DNA of 38,204 nt. Source: Octopus bimaculoides (Eukaryota). Positions within the stretch are counted from its first letter, which is position 1. Every line of letters begins with the position of its first letter. The translations under genes and the position numbers were made by a program. Location of the stretch: the NCBI RefSeq assembly GCF_001194135.2, contig NC_068981.1, positions 6,207,749 through 6,245,952 of the forward strand, read 5' to 3'. Under the pieces are notes generated by a model that saw only the letters and a list, made by a program, of their open reading frames with translations, searched no databases and was not told the origin of the DNA. Positions 36,369 through 38,204 of the stretch are shown piece by piece.

Positions 36369-36369
<1 letters not shown>
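36074..36369. mobile_element. Fold-back (MITE-like) element with roughly 125-bp inverted arms and a short (CTCA)n-containing spacer
   Basis: The left arm attatttgccaacgtaatgtggtagtcccggttgggacg...ccccaggaaacatggtctccagc...atctgtgtccttatattttc pairs with the right arm gaaaatataaggacacagat...gctggagaccatgttccctgggg...tgtcccaaccgggactgtcacattatgttggcaaataat. No convincing TSD is seen. Confidence 0.78.
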
Positions 36370-36411
<42 letters not shown>

Positions 36412-36900
36412 TCTTATCTCGTGACCCTGGTGGGATAAATGTCTCAGCTGCTCGGACAGTATTTGAACTCAGGACAGAGAATAATTAAAATAAACATTAA
36501 ACATTTTGTCCGTCATTTCAACGCTGTATTTCCTGATTCCTTGTCATTAGATCGAGGCATACTTTTTCGAATCAGAAGAAATCACAATGATAGGTTTTAT
36601 ATGAAAACCTGTCATTTTATTCAAATGAAAGATGTCTGGGAAAGATATGTCAATGGCGTTGGAGAGCATAAATATTAAAGTTGTAGTTGAGAAAACGTTC
36701 GCTGATATTGAAGAATTTCCTAGGAAGAATTTCCTAGGAACATAGTGAGGAAAGGAATGCATACATCAGGTTCCGGAGCCGTCTTGAGACCGTGGTGGTA
36801 GCCGAGAATAGCTACTTTGAGTAAACCGTTATCTCCCAGCCATAATCTAGTAGAATTTTAAAATTAAAAAAAGATATTTATATTTTTTAGATAAGAAAAT

Positions 36901-37063
36901 ACTTGCTGTTATTTAGCCCCAGGAAACATGGTCTCCAGCAGGCTATACGACACACTATCTGTGTCCTTATATATGTCCTCACTCACTGATTCACTGACTC
37001 ACTGACTCACTCACTCACTCCCTTGTTCGAAAATATAAAGACACAGATAGTGTGTCGTATAGC
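36901..37063. mobile_element. Second, truncated copy of the fold-back element
   Basis: cttgctgttatttagccccaggaaacatggtctccagcaggctatacgacacactatctgtgtccttatat...(CTCA/CTGA)n...gaaaatataaagacacagatagtgtgtcgtatagc. Confidence 0.85.
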
Positions 37064-37222
37064 AAGGAATCAGGAAATACAGCGTTGAAATGACGGACAA
37101 AATGTTTTATGTTTATTTTAATTATTCTCTGCCCTAAGTTCAAATACTGTCCGAGCAACTGAGACATTTATCCCACCAGGGTCACGAGATAAGAACCTTT
37201 TGTGTGTATGTGTGTGTAAATA
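37063..37222 (-). repeat. Inverted duplicate of 36362-36543
   Basis: The reverse complement matches with 4 substitutions over about 137 bp of non-microsatellite sequence, plus a shorter (CA)n tract. Confidence 0.92.
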
Positions 37223-37794
37223 CTCGCGGATTTGTGAGTTCTGTTAACGCCTGAGTCATCAGAGTTTTCTTTCCACTCGGAGTCTACTTATTAATTACCA
37301 GTAATATACTGAGGATAATTCAAGTTTCAAAGACTTCTATGATGAATCGAAAGGATATCTTCATACGTTGCTTCGATAACATCTCTATATTTCCTGAAAG
37401 TCATCTTTTCCTATAAACCAATTCGATATTCTTTTAGTATTTTTTTTTTTGAGATGTTTGGACAGAACGGTGGATCAACATGTCAAGAACTTCCTTCCAA
37501 GACAAACCAAATCCTAACAGCCCAAAAAATAACGGAAACTCCTCTGATCGATACAAGACTTATTATTATAATTATTTCCGAGCCCGGGATTAACCAGCCG
37601 TAAAACTCACTCATCTATTTTGCTTATTTATGTTTAAACAAATACAATGGAAATAAAAAAATAAAAAAAAACAATCAGAAAGAAAATTAAAGAAACGGAG
37701 AATATTGCATGAAGGACTGAGTCCGGTCGTAGGAAAAAATTGAAAGATGGAGAGGAAAAGATGAAGAAAGAATAGAATAGACTCGCTGACGGAT

Positions 37795-37874
37795 ATATAT
37801 ATACATAAACATACATGCATACATTCATACATACATACGTACGTACATATATACATACATACATACATACATAA

Positions 37875-37912
<38 letters not shown>

Positions 37913-38144
37913 GCATATTTGTGTTTTTATATATGTATGTATATATATATATCTTTATACATACATGTATATATAAAGGAAAAGAGTGAGAGAGAGAGAG
38001 AGACAGGGAGGGAGGGAAGAAAGGAGAGGTGGGGAGACAGACAACAACGAGATAAGGGGATAGATGAATATATTTCCTGATAGACGGATAGATTGGTTAA
38101 TACCTACATACCTAATAACATTCACACAAACATACATGGATATC

Positions 38145-38204
<60 letters not shown>
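37795..38204. repeat. (CATA)n, (TA)n, (GA)n and terminal (CA)n arrays
   Basis: Read directly. Confidence 0.92.

Noticed and set aside
37215-37270. Minus-strand CTGATGA...GAAC
   Set aside because: It lacks GAAA and a stem II, so it is not a hammerhead.

Overview
This window is AT-rich, repeat-saturated animal DNA, most likely from an octopus. That assignment is an inference from the SINE families and the extreme microsatellite load. About 5.5 kb (roughly 14%) is N, spread over 13 assembly gaps. No host protein-coding gene can be identified with confidence, and almost all long ORFs in the supplied track are microsatellite or gap artefacts. The recognisable content is decayed mobile DNA: an L1/Tx1-like RT fragment (7071-8675), two R4/Dong-like fragments (1470-1700, 27690-28600), two fused CR1/L2-like 3' ends (2905-3593), about a dozen copies or fragments of several tRNA-derived SINE families, a hAT MITE, a Helentron-type non-autonomous element, a probable mariner end and a fold-back element involved in a local inverted duplication. 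The most interesting signals are three minimal type-I hammerhead-ribozyme-like folds of the Penelope/retrozyme kind (two with an unusual core change), a covarying 3' stem-loop shared by a LINE and a SINE, long palindromes at contig ends, and an unassigned 130-codon exon-like frame at 18749-19138. None of these was tested computationally.
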